A stretch of 48,778 nucleotides of DNA from an uncultured Gammaproteobacteria bacterium (lineage in GTDB: Bacteria > Patescibacteriota > Patescibacteriia > CAIXNZ01), in assembly GCA_964531215.1 (NCBI GenBank), contig CAZHFK010000001.1, forward strand, positions 1-48,778, given 5' to 3'. Shown here in pieces: positions 17,047-25,367 of the stretch. Position 1 is the stretch's first letter; each line of letters starts with the position of its first letter. The notes below the pieces were generated by a model. It had not been told where the DNA came from, searched no databases, and saw only the letters and a list, made by a program, of their open reading frames with translations. The translations under genes were made by a program, and so were the position numbers.

Positions 17047-17393
17047 TGGAGATGGCGGGAATTGAACCCGCGTCTTGAAAGTTTTTTAAAATACCATCGA
17101 CAAGCTTAAATTTGAAAAGTCTTAATAATAGTTGACTGATTTGGCTAAGACCAGACCAAATCAGCTTTGCCTGAAAAAATATGACACCCCAAACCTTTTA
17201 TCAGGCATCAAAGGTAGAGATGGCTGCTGTTTTTATTAAACTGCAGCAAAAGCAAAGTTCGGAGTAAAAGCACTCTTTACTTTGGCAAATAAGTTTTTTG
17301 CACTTATTGGATTGTATTTTGGATTAACGAGGCAAAATACAGCCTCGGCTTGCAGTATTTTAAAAGTTCTTTCAATCGACGCCTGTCATCCCC
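17047..17393 (-). ncRNA. ssrA: tmRNA (SsrA)
   Basis: The 5' end GGGGATGACAGGCGTCGA pairs with the 3' end GACGCGGGTTCAATTCCCGCCATCTCCA, which closely matches the E. coli ssrA 3' end. The acceptor has G3-U70. A PK1-like pseudoknot is present (GAGGC/GCCTC with GTATTTT/AAAATAC). The putative tag frame 17301-17236 ends in TAA TAA. Confidence 0.9.
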
Positions 17394-17451
17394 AGTATTA
17401 AATAAAAAATGATAAATGACAAAACTCAAATTGCAAATAACAAATTTGTAA

Positions 17452-17907
17452 TTACTGGAATTTTGTTTTTAAAAGTCTTTGCACTTTTCTTTTATCATCC
17501 CTTTCTTTAATTTGCTGGCGTTTATCAGCTTTTTTCTTGCCTTTAACCAGCGCAATTTCTAATTTTATTTTGTTATGCTTAGTATACAACGAAATCGGTA
17601 CTAATGTCAAGCCAGCTTGCTGTAATTTCCCGCTTAAATAATTAATTTCTTTTTGGTTTAATAAAAGTTTTCTGGATCGGGTCGGGTCATAATCAGGCAG
17701 TGGCCCGGCCATTTTATAAGCCGGAATAGTAGCATTAATTAAAAATACTTCCTGATTTTTATTAATAGTAACATAAGCGCCTTTTAAACTGGCCTGTTTT
17801 TTTCTGACTGATTTTACCTCTTGACCACTTAAAATAATACCGGCTTCAAAAGTTTCCAGTATTTCGTAGTCAAATCTCACTTTTTTATTAATTGCTAAAA
17901 CAGGCAT
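17452..17907 (-). CDS. smpB: SsrA-binding protein
   Basis: NKKVRFDYEI...EAGIILSG.EVKS...DPTRSRKLLL...GLTLVP matches SmpB. It lies adjacent to ssrA. Confidence 0.93.
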   Translation of the reverse strand: MPVLAINKKVRFDYEILETFEAGIILSGQEVKSVRKKQASLKGAYVTINKNQEVFLINATIPAYKMAGPLPDYDPTRSRKLLLNQKEINYLSGKLQQAGLTLVPISLYTKHNKIKLEIALVKGKKKADKRQQIKERDDKRKVQRLLKTKFQ

Positions 17908-18207
17908 ATAAAAAATTATGATAATATTAATATCATTATAGCTGATATAATTTATTTTTTAAATAAATAAAGAAGGTAACACCTTCTTTGGGGATTGAGC
18001 CGCAAATTACTACTTGCAGAACCTAAATTAAGAAAGGGGTAATAGATTTTTTGATCAGGTCCTGCAAGTAGAAATTTATTGCCCGTTAAGTTTAATAGCT
18101 TATTTTAGCATTAAAAAAGTTTTTTGTCAAGCTTGAATAAATAGTCATTTTGAGATTGACCAACCGGTAATAATTTTTTATAATATAATCATATATAAAA
18201 CTTTATT

Positions 18208-19263
18208 ATGGCTATTGGTAATAAAAAAATTAATATTGAAATTTCCACTAATTCGATTATTAAAATTTTAATTGTTTTATTTTTATTGTGGATTTTGTAT
18301 TTAATTCAGGACGTAGTGGCGATTTTATTTTTTGTAATTATTTTAGTTTCGGTTTTAGAACCGATTGTCAGTTGGTTAAGAAATAAAAAGATCCCCAAAT
18401 TTTTATCGGTTATTATTATTTATTTCGTTTTATTGGCAGTGGTGGCTTTAATTTTTATTTTATTGATCCCGCCAATTATTGATCAGATGCAGCATTTATC
18501 AGCCAATTTTCCTCGTTATTGGCAGAAAATGACTATTGAATTTTCCAATGTAGGCCACTTTTTAAACCAGTACGGTATTGATAAAAGCGTAGAATCATTT
18601 TTTCAATCATTCAAAATGCAACTTCCTGATTCAACCAGCGAGATTTTTACCAGGGTAGGTAATTTTTTTGCCGGCATTGTTTCTTTGATAATTATTTTGG
18701 TTATAACTTTTTATATTTTAGTTGAGCAAAATGCCATAAAAAAAGTTTTGCGACAATTGGTGCCTAGTCAATCATTGCCTTATGCTTATCAGTTGGTGAA
18801 CAGGATCCAGCAAAAATTAGGCTTATGGTTAAGAGGACAGTTGATTTTAGGTTTTATTATTTTTCTTTTGGTTTATTTTGCTTTGCTTCTTTCCGGGGTA
18901 AAATACGCTTTGATTTTGGCGATTATCGCCGGGTTATTGGAATTTATACCGTATTTAGGCCCTTTTGTGTCAGGTTTTATTGCCGTATTTTTAACTTTAT
19001 TTCAGTCTCCTTTAATGGCGTTTTGGGTTTTGATTTTATATATTGTTATTCAATTTTTTGAAAATCATATTTTTGTGCCAATGATAATGAAAAAAACAGT
19101 CGGCTTAAATCCCGTAGTCAGTATTATTGCTTTGTTGATTGGCGGGAAATTGGCCGGGCTAATCGGCGTAATTTTGGCAATTCCAGTGGTTACTGCTTTA
19201 AGTGTTTTTGTCCAAGATTTTTTGGATAAAAAAAAATCAGTTGAAATGAGATTAGAAGAATAA
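18208..19263 (+). CDS. AI-2E family transporter (PerM/UPF0118)
   Basis: About 8 TM segments and the LLEFIPYLGPF signature. Confidence 0.8.
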   Translation: MAIGNKKINIEISTNSIIKILIVLFLLWILYLIQDVVAILFFVIILVSVLEPIVSWLRNKKIPKFLSVIIIYFVLLAVVALIFILLIPPIIDQMQHLSANFPRYWQKMTIEFSNVGHFLNQYGIDKSVESFFQSFKMQLPDSTSEIFTRVGNFFAGIVSLIIILVITFYILVEQNAIKKVLRQLVPSQSLPYAYQLVNRIQQKLGLWLRGQLILGFIIFLLVYFALLLSGVKYALILAIIAGLLEFIPYLGPFVSGFIAVFLTLFQSPLMAFWVLILYIVIQFFENHIFVPMIMKKTVGLNPVVSIIALLIGGKLAGLIGVILAIPVVTALSVFVQDFLDKKKSVEMRLEE

Positions 19264-19273
19264 TTTATTATTT

Positions 19274-20032
19274 ATGGCCAGACAAGAACAAGATAAAAGT
19301 ACTCAAGTAGAAGAATTAGAAGCGGAAATCAGTCGCATGAAAAAAGGCTTAAAAAGAAAGCAAAATAAAAAACTATTTAGCTGTTCCGGTTGTTTGATTT
19401 TGGTTTTAATTATTATTTTGCTTATTGGTTTAGCTGGTGCTTATGTCTTAGCCAAAAGCGGTTTAAAAGAAGTTCCGTTTTTTACAGATAATTTTTATCA
19501 AGAACCAGAACCGGTCCGTTTGGTTGAAGCTGATAATGTTAATGAAGCTGATAAAGATATTTTGAATCGTTTGGAAAAAGCGGTTAGTCAAGAAGCAGTC
19601 GGTCAGCAACAAATAAATGATTTAACTGTTTCGCTTGATTTATCCGAAGAAGTTTTAACAGCTGTTTTAAGGGATAAAATAAAAGAAAAAGAATCTTTGG
19701 CTGAAAAAATTAAATACGTACAAATAGCCGTTTTACCCGATAATCTGGAAGTCTTTATTGAAAACAAAGATCCTTCTAATGCGGTTATTACATTAAATAT
19801 CAAGCCGACTATTAAAGAAGGTAAAACTGATCTGGAAATCGTTAATTTTAAAATAGGTGATTTGACTTTGCCCAACTTTATTGGTAATATTTCTTTTGGC
19901 TTTATTGCTGAAAAAAGTTTAAACAGTTTTTTAAATGTGACAGCTAAATACGGACAAATCCAAGATATTAATTTAACAAATGGTAGCTTAATTTTGGAAA
20001 TATTAATTAATAATTTAAAGGAATTACTTTAG
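19274..20032 (+). CDS. Membrane-anchored hypothetical protein
   Basis: Charged N-terminus, one TM helix, and an extracytoplasmic domain. Tightly packed with the neighbouring genes. Confidence 0.5.
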   Translation: MARQEQDKSTQVEELEAEISRMKKGLKRKQNKKLFSCSGCLILVLIIILLIGLAGAYVLAKSGLKEVPFFTDNFYQEPEPVRLVEADNVNEADKDILNRLEKAVSQEAVGQQQINDLTVSLDLSEEVLTAVLRDKIKEKESLAEKIKYVQIAVLPDNLEVFIENKDPSNAVITLNIKPTIKEGKTDLEIVNFKIGDLTLPNFIGNISFGFIAEKSLNSFLNVTAKYGQIQDINLTNGSLILEILINNLKELL

Positions 20033-20033
20033 A

Positions 20034-20795
20034 ATGATTGCCAAAAGAATTTTAGTTTTTTTAGGACCGCTCTTAATTGCTTTAATCCTGGAATTATCAT
20101 TTTATAATATAAAATTACTTTATATTTTACCTTTTGTCGGGCTTTTGGGGGTGTTATTGATACTAAAATATTTAATTAAGGAAAAATTACTGAGTAAAGA
20201 ATATTTTTACTTGTCGCTTTTGCCGGTTTTACTTTTTATTTGTACGGTCAGTTTGCTCTTATTGCTTAGTTTTGTTTTTTTAAAACATCTGGTTATAATC
20301 TTATTTACTTTATTATTAATTTTATACTTGGAAAATATTTTTTTATTTTATTATAAACCAGATGCTTATCAGGTTTATGCCCTGGAAAATTTATCAGCGA
20401 TTTTCAACTTAATAATTTTTTTTCTATTGGCTATAATTTTAAACGCTTTTTATACTTTTTTGAATTTACCTTTGTATCTACTTTCCTTGATTTTGATTAT
20501 AGTTCTTAGTTTATTGATTTTGCAGTCTTTTTGGATCAATAAATTAAAACATGAGTTAAGTTATGTTTATTTGATAATAATTGATATTATTATTTTGGAA
20601 TTTTTCTGGTCTTTGATTTTTTTACCTACCAATTTTTATGTCAGCGGTGTTATTTTAACCATTATTTTTTATTTGATTTGGGGGATTTTGAAAGCCAAGT
20701 TAAATGAAAAATTAAATAAAAAAATAATTTGGCGTTATTTGGTTATTAGCGGTATTTTATTATTAATAATAATTATTACATCACAATGGGTTTAA
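20034..20795 (+). CDS. Polytopic membrane protein, unknown function
   Basis: It starts 2 nt after the upstream stop and has about 8 TM helices. Confidence 0.5.
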   Translation: MIAKRILVFLGPLLIALILELSFYNIKLLYILPFVGLLGVLLILKYLIKEKLLSKEYFYLSLLPVLLFICTVSLLLLLSFVFLKHLVIILFTLLLILYLENIFLFYYKPDAYQVYALENLSAIFNLIIFFLLAIILNAFYTFLNLPLYLLSLILIIVLSLLILQSFWINKLKHELSYVYLIIIDIIILEFFWSLIFLPTNFYVSGVILTIIFYLIWGILKAKLNEKLNKKIIWRYLVISGILLLIIIITSQWV

Positions 20796-20816
20796 ATATT
20801 AATTATAATATAATTT

Positions 20817-21974
20817 ATGTCTAATGAAAAAAAACAAAAAAAATTCAGAATTAATTGGTTGAGTCTTTTAATTTTAGCCGTAGTTTTAGGCTTTTTAGCC
20901 GGGATTACCGGTGAATTTTTTACTAAATATTATTTGTCAAATTCAGCTTTTTTCAGAGATTTATATTTTACCGAGCAAACTGATTTGGGGCAAAGAGAGA
21001 TTATTATTCGTGAACCCAAAAAAGTAGTGGTTGAACAGGATTTGCGAATTAATCAGCTAAAAAATGAAATTCAGTCTTCAATTGTCGGAGTTTATAAAAA
21101 GAAAGCCACTGTTAAAAATCTTTTGGATAAGATTTTTTTACCGGAAAATTATTTGGGCCAGGCAGTTGTTTTGACTAGTGACGGCTGGCTGATCAGTACG
21201 GCTGATATTATTGATAATGATCAGGAAAATTTGATAATTAGTTATAATAAACAGATTTATGAAATTGATAAAATAATCAAAGATAATTTATCACAAATAG
21301 TTTTTATTAAAATAACCGCCCAGAATTTACCGGTTATAAGGCTGGTTGATTTTACAGATGTAAATGACGGCCAGCAGGTTTTTATTTATAATAGTTATTC
21401 TGATCAGCTGAATTTAGCCAATATTCAGGATAAAAGACATAAAATAATTGATAATAAATATGATTTTATTTCATCCAGTGAAAGCCTGGATAAGCATATT
21501 TTATTGGACAGGGAGCTTGATAATGAATATAATGGTTCACCTTTGGTTAATTTTCAAGGTAAAATTATCGGTTTATTATCAGGGCAATCTGACCGGTTAA
21601 CGCAAGCAATCCCTTTACATTATATTAATGAAATTATCAGCCAGGTTTTAAAAGATGAGGAAATCAGCCGACCGCGATTGGGTATTAATTATATTAATTT
21701 AAGCCAGGCTTATGGTTTGACTGAAGATGATCGGCAAGGTTTGGAAAACGGGGGTTTGCTTTGGCCTGATCAGTCAGGCGTGGCTATTAAGCAAGATAGT
21801 CCTTTGTTTGGTAAATTGGTCCGCGGTGACATTATTACCAGTATAGAAGACCAAAAAATTAATCAGGAAATTGATTTATTGGATATTCTATTGCAATATA
21901 AATCGGGTCAGGAAATCAGCCTTAATTATTGGCATGAAGGCAATGAGCAGGAAATCAGTTTGATTTTACAATAG
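20817..21974 (+). CDS. HtrA/S1C-like protein with a PDZ domain and degenerate catalytic motifs
   Basis: N-terminal TM helix, a trypsin-like core (VVLTSDGWLIST.., NGSPLVNFQGKIIGLL) and a C-terminal PDZ-like segment. The usual TNxHV His motif reads STADII, and GNSGGP reads YNGSP. Confidence 0.5.
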   Translation: MSNEKKQKKFRINWLSLLILAVVLGFLAGITGEFFTKYYLSNSAFFRDLYFTEQTDLGQREIIIREPKKVVVEQDLRINQLKNEIQSSIVGVYKKKATVKNLLDKIFLPENYLGQAVVLTSDGWLISTADIIDNDQENLIISYNKQIYEIDKIIKDNLSQIVFIKITAQNLPVIRLVDFTDVNDGQQVFIYNSYSDQLNLANIQDKRHKIIDNKYDFISSSESLDKHILLDRELDNEYNGSPLVNFQGKIIGLLSGQSDRLTQAIPLHYINEIISQVLKDEEISRPRLGINYINLSQAYGLTEDDRQGLENGGLLWPDQSGVAIKQDSPLFGKLVRGDIITSIEDQKINQEIDLLDILLQYKSGQEISLNYWHEGNEQEISLILQ

Positions 21975-21996
21975 ATTTTTTAAAAATTTTACAATA

Positions 21997-22026
21997 AAAA
22001 CCTCTGGCTACAGGGGTTTTTTATTT
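21997..22026 (+). terminator. Rho-independent terminator
   Basis: Hairpin AACCTCTG-GCTA-CAGGGGTT followed by TTTTATTTT. Confidence 0.7.
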
Positions 22027-22031
22027 TACTA

Positions 22032-22060
22032 TTGACAAATATTTGATATTGTGCTAGAAT
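22032..22060 (+). promoter_or_regulatory. Sigma-70-type promoter
   Basis: TTGACA, 17 nt, TAGAAT. Confidence 0.55.
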
Positions 22061-22133
22061 TTAAAATCAAGTCAAAAAAAGAAATTTTAATATTTCTTTA
22101 TTAATTTTGGCTGTTATAATAAATTATAAATAT

Positions 22134-22979
22134 ATGGAAAACTTACAATATTCAAAAATTTTTAGAAAAAACTGGGAAATCGTTGCCTTGTTTATTGGCG
22201 TAACGGTTGTTTTGACATTGATTATAAGTTTATTGCAGCCGTTTCAATATGAAGCTTCAACTAAAATTTTAGTTATTCAAAAACAGGAAAAAAACCTAGA
22301 CGCTTATACCGCTACCAAATCAGCTGAAAGAATCGGTAAGAATTTATCAAATATTATTTTTACTTCTTCTTTTTACAATGAAGTACTTGAAGCTGATAAA
22401 GCTTTGGCTGATAAATTCCCTCAAGATAATATTGAAAAACGTAAAGCTTGGGATAAAAATGTTAAGGCCGATGTTATTCCGGAAACCGGTATTTTGGAGG
22501 TCAATGTTTATGATGTTGACCGTCAATACGCTGCTAAATTAGTTAAAACCATTTCTTATGTTTTAATGAATAAAGGCAGTGAATATCATGGCGGTGGCAG
22601 TGATGTAGGGTTTAAAATTGTTGATGATGTTTTCTTGTCTAAATATCCGGTCAGACCTAATATAATCTTAAATACTTCTTTAGCATTGGTTTTAGGCTTT
22701 TTATTGGGTAGCGCTTTCATTATATTAAGTGAAGCAGAAAAACAAAAAAAAGTTGCTGAAAAAGCTGTAAATAAGCAGCCTAGTCTTTTTGAAGATATGC
22801 AAAAACAGCAAATAAAAACGAAAGAAACCGATTTGGAAAATGAAACTGAAGCTGAAGAAGATACAATTCATTCATTTGGTAAAGCTTGGCAACTAGCCGA
22901 AGAAACAGTTAATGACTCGGCAAATAATAATCGTGCTGATCAGACTGAGATTAAAACAATGTACGACCATATCGGTTAA
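22134..22979 (+). CDS. Wzz-like polysaccharide chain-length determinant domain protein
   Basis: The N-terminus (YSKIFRKNWEIVALFIGVTVVLTLIISLLQP..YEASTKILV) matches the Wzz pattern, and there is a second TM helix near the C-terminus. ATG 22134 is preferred to TTG 22107. Confidence 0.6.
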   Translation: MENLQYSKIFRKNWEIVALFIGVTVVLTLIISLLQPFQYEASTKILVIQKQEKNLDAYTATKSAERIGKNLSNIIFTSSFYNEVLEADKALADKFPQDNIEKRKAWDKNVKADVIPETGILEVNVYDVDRQYAAKLVKTISYVLMNKGSEYHGGGSDVGFKIVDDVFLSKYPVRPNIILNTSLALVLGFLLGSAFIILSEAEKQKKVAEKAVNKQPSLFEDMQKQQIKTKETDLENETEAEEDTIHSFGKAWQLAEETVNDSANNNRADQTEIKTMYDHIG

Positions 22980-22981
22980 TA

Positions 22982-23010
22982 TTGACAATTTATCCAATTA
23001 ATGTTAGGAT
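22982..23010 (+). promoter_or_regulatory. Island promoter 1
   Basis: TTGACA, 17 nt, TAGGAT, followed by a ~110-nt leader containing hairpin GCTTTGGTTAG/CTAGCCAAAGC. Confidence 0.5.
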
Positions 23011-23124
23011 GAACTATTACAAATATCATAGCTTTGGTTAGCTTTAACTAGCCAAAGCAATTGAGGTTTGTAAAGGAAAGGAATATTTGAAAACAAAATA
23101 GATCAGAAAAAAGGAGGAAAAACA

Positions 23125-23886
23125 ATGAAAAAGCTTATTACCGTATTTGTGATTTTTACTGTGATGATGATTTTTTGTTCCGCTACTGTGGCCGAAGAAA
23201 GTAATGTTGGCCTGGCTCCGGGCAACCTGGGATTTGTGGCCGGTGGTGGCGAAGGCGGCCAGGCGAGTGATGAGGTGAACGACTTTCAGTTCATTTATCT
23301 TGGCGGTTATTACACTGCCATGCTGAATGACAAGGTGGGGATCCGCGGGACTATGATGTACTTCGGCAACTTTGAGGAGCAGGAAGAGTATTACAGCTCT
23401 TCGGCTTCCGGCTTGTCTTCGGCAGTGGAAACTTACAGGCCCATGATCGGTCTCACCTTGCAAGGTGAGCAAAACGGTTGGTGGGTCTGGAACCACATCT
23501 CTGTGGGCGCTGATCATCAGGAAGACCAGGGCTGGCTGCCAGTCACGATTCTGCATGAAGAGCTGATGTTTGGTTCTGGCTGGTTCTACAATTTTTTGTG
23601 CGCCACTGCCAGGGTCGGAGCTGAGGACTATGAGTCCTATTATCTCCGGGATCAGGTGTACTTTAAGGTGAACAACTGGCTGCACATCGGTCCTCAGGTC
23701 CAGCAAGTCTGGTTTTACCAGACAGACGACGAGGGGGATAATAAGCTGGTTTACGAACCGGCGTGGGGCGGACAAATTAAGTTCGCTGAAAATACCTCTG
23801 AACCCAAGTATTCGTTGACAGTCGGTGCGACCAACGGTGACTTTGTTGGCACGACCTATCATGTCGACGTTTGGATCGCACTTTAA
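23125..23886 (+). CDS. Secreted protein with beta-barrel-like alternating pattern
   Basis: SD AAAGGAGG and signal peptide MKKLITVFVIFTVMMIFCSATVA. Many short amphipathic strands are rich in G/Y/W/F. The 293-aa antisense ORF is discounted. Confidence 0.7.
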   Translation: MKKLITVFVIFTVMMIFCSATVAEESNVGLAPGNLGFVAGGGEGGQASDEVNDFQFIYLGGYYTAMLNDKVGIRGTMMYFGNFEEQEEYYSSSASGLSSAVETYRPMIGLTLQGEQNGWWVWNHISVGADHQEDQGWLPVTILHEELMFGSGWFYNFLCATARVGAEDYESYYLRDQVYFKVNNWLHIGPQVQQVWFYQTDDEGDNKLVYEPAWGGQIKFAENTSEPKYSLTVGATNGDFVGTTYHVDVWIAL

Positions 23887-23905
23887 GTTTTTTTCAAAAA
23901 GTTCA

Positions 23906-23939
23906 AGCTGGGAATGTAAAAACATTCTCAGCTTTTTTA
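23906..23939 (+). terminator. Rho-independent terminator
   Basis: Hairpin AGCTGGGAATG-N5-CATTCTCAGCT followed by TTTTTT. Confidence 0.75.
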
Positions 23940-24042
23940 TTAGATAAAACTAAAGTTTTACAATCCATAGGTTAATTTGCCTTTAGATAAAACTGAAGTT
24001 TTATAATCCGTAGGTCAGGATAAAGCCGAAGTTTTATAATCC
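23940..24042 (+). repeat. Array of three 27-bp palindrome-containing units (operator-like array 1)
   Basis: TTAGATAAAACTRAAGTTTTAYAATCC starts at 23940 and 23983, with a degenerate copy at 24016. It ends 9 nt before the -35 box. Confidence 0.85.
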
Positions 24043-24051
24043 GGGTTTAGC

Positions 24052-24080
24052 TTGACAAAAAAATTTTTTTATGATAGAAT
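24052..24080 (+). promoter_or_regulatory. Island promoter 2 with an A/T homopolymer spacer
   Basis: TTGACA, AAAAAATTTTTTTATGA, TAGAAT. The spacer is 17 nt. Confidence 0.6.
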
Positions 24081-24151
24081 GATAGATCAATAAATAGTTT
24101 GAAATATTTGAATTTTGAAAAATCAACCAAACCAATAAGGAGGAAAGAAAA

Positions 24152-25138
24152 ATGACTGAAGAACTGGAAACCAGAGGCCTTGATGTCAGGGGATTTATTT
24201 CTAAGCACGGAAGATTGGTTTTGCTTCTGTTGCTCTTTGTTCTGCTGATAATTTTGCTTTTCAGCAGATGTGACAGCTGCAGCGGCCGACTCAGTGGCAT
24301 CAAAAATCATCTGCCGTTTATCGGTGATGACGAGACTAAACCAGACGTGGCTGACGGCTGCACTTACTGTCGAGACAATGAAGAGTTTCGTCGACAGGTA
24401 GTTTCTTTGGTCACCACTGATCCTGAGATCGCTGCCTGGCTCAAAGAGCTGATCTGCGAGACTGACTGCAGTGCTCCGCCGCTGGCTAAGAAAAAAGCAG
24501 CCCCTAAAAAGAAAAAAACGGCTAAGCCGAAAACCTGCTCGGATCTGGGGTCTGCCTGGTCGTGTGTTAACGTGCGTAAATATAGTTGCGTGGAAACACG
24601 TAAAAATCTTTGCAAGGGACCCATCCGTTTCCGTTGCGGACGCGGGTGCAGTTTGCGTTCCAAGCCTGACCCTGATCCGCCGGATTCTCCGGAGGCAAGT
24701 GAAGCGAGTTGGGAGTATCACACTTTTGAGTGTGAAGGCACGGAGTGTGATGTGTTGTATTCAGATGTGCTGACGAACTCGCGGGCAACCATTGTTGATG
24801 ACAATGGTCGTCCGATTTCCACTACGGGTTCGGGGCCGGAACGCCATTTTACACCGACTCGGCGAGTGCGGGTTCGCGTCCCGGCTGGTACTCGGGTTAA
24901 CTACGCGAATATGCGTTCAACGAGCGGGCAGTGGGCAGTCTCAACTGACGGCGCTCGGGTTGAAGGCTCGAGTGAGGTGTCGGATCCCAATTTTGGGGTC
25001 AAGCACAACAACCGCCCCTTGCGTGCGAATGACTCGCGTAAAATGCGAGGTGACTGGACATTTGAAGTTGATGCTCCAGAACCGACTTCGGTTAATCCGA
25101 AGTCTGATAATGGTGCCGGCACTTTCAATGTCCGGTAA
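24152..25138 (+). CDS. Type II (signal-anchor) membrane protein with a Cys-rich, Lys-rich ectodomain
   Basis: SD AAGGAGG, TM helix LVLLLLLFVLLIILLF at aa 22-37, 14 Cys, and a KKKAAPKKKKTAKPK tract. The C-terminus carries the WAVSTDG motif. Confidence 0.7.
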   Translation: MTEELETRGLDVRGFISKHGRLVLLLLLFVLLIILLFSRCDSCSGRLSGIKNHLPFIGDDETKPDVADGCTYCRDNEEFRRQVVSLVTTDPEIAAWLKELICETDCSAPPLAKKKAAPKKKKTAKPKTCSDLGSAWSCVNVRKYSCVETRKNLCKGPIRFRCGRGCSLRSKPDPDPPDSPEASEASWEYHTFECEGTECDVLYSDVLTNSRATIVDDNGRPISTTGSGPERHFTPTRRVRVRVPAGTRVNYANMRSTSGQWAVSTDGARVEGSSEVSDPNFGVKHNNRPLRANDSRKMRGDWTFEVDAPEPTSVNPKSDNGAGTFNVR

Positions 25139-25157
25139 AAAATATTTTTAAGCTATT

Positions 25158-25189
25158 AAGCTGGAGACAACAAGTCTCCAGCTTTTTTC
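25158..25189 (+). terminator. Rho-independent terminator
   Basis: Hairpin AAGCTGGAGAC-AACA-GTCTCCAGCTT followed by TTTT. Confidence 0.8.
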
Positions 25190-25345
25190 TTAGATAAAAC
25201 TGAAGTTTTACAATCCTAATCAATTTTTTTTCTTAGATAAAACTGAAGTTTTACAATCCGTAGGTTAATTTGCCTTTAGATAAAATTTAAGTTTTATAAT
25301 CCTGATCAATTTTTTTTCTTAGATAAAACTGAAGTTTTATAATCC
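25190..25345 (+). repeat. Array of four 27-bp palindrome-containing units at exact 43-bp phasing (operator-like array 2)
   Basis: Units start at 25190, 25233, 25276 and 25319. The spacers alternate between TAATCAATTTTTTTTC-type and GTAGGTTAATTTGCCT. Confidence 0.9.
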
Positions 25346-25367
25346 TAATCAAATTTTAATAAAAATC

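Noticed and set aside
23044-25151. Long overlapping ORFs on the opposite strand or in other frames, including 23044-23925(-), 24034-24303(-), 24047-24721(-), 24364-24663(-), 24471-24773(+), 24567-24788(-), 24792-25151(+) and 24901-25128(-). There are similar ones at 25508-25959, 27100-27795, 28749-29247, 29442-30921 and 31297-31709.
   Set aside because: High G+C reduces stop-codon frequency, so such ORFs are expected by chance. They lack SD sequences, promoters and signal features. The plus-strand genes I called have all of these.
23940-25345. The regularly spaced 27-bp direct repeats could be read as CRISPR arrays.
   Set aside because: The spacers are only about 16 nt and are themselves repeated: two spacer types alternate, and one recurs in both arrays. 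There are only 3-4 units, no cas genes, and the arrays sit exactly between a terminator and a promoter. They fit better as tandem operator-like repeats.
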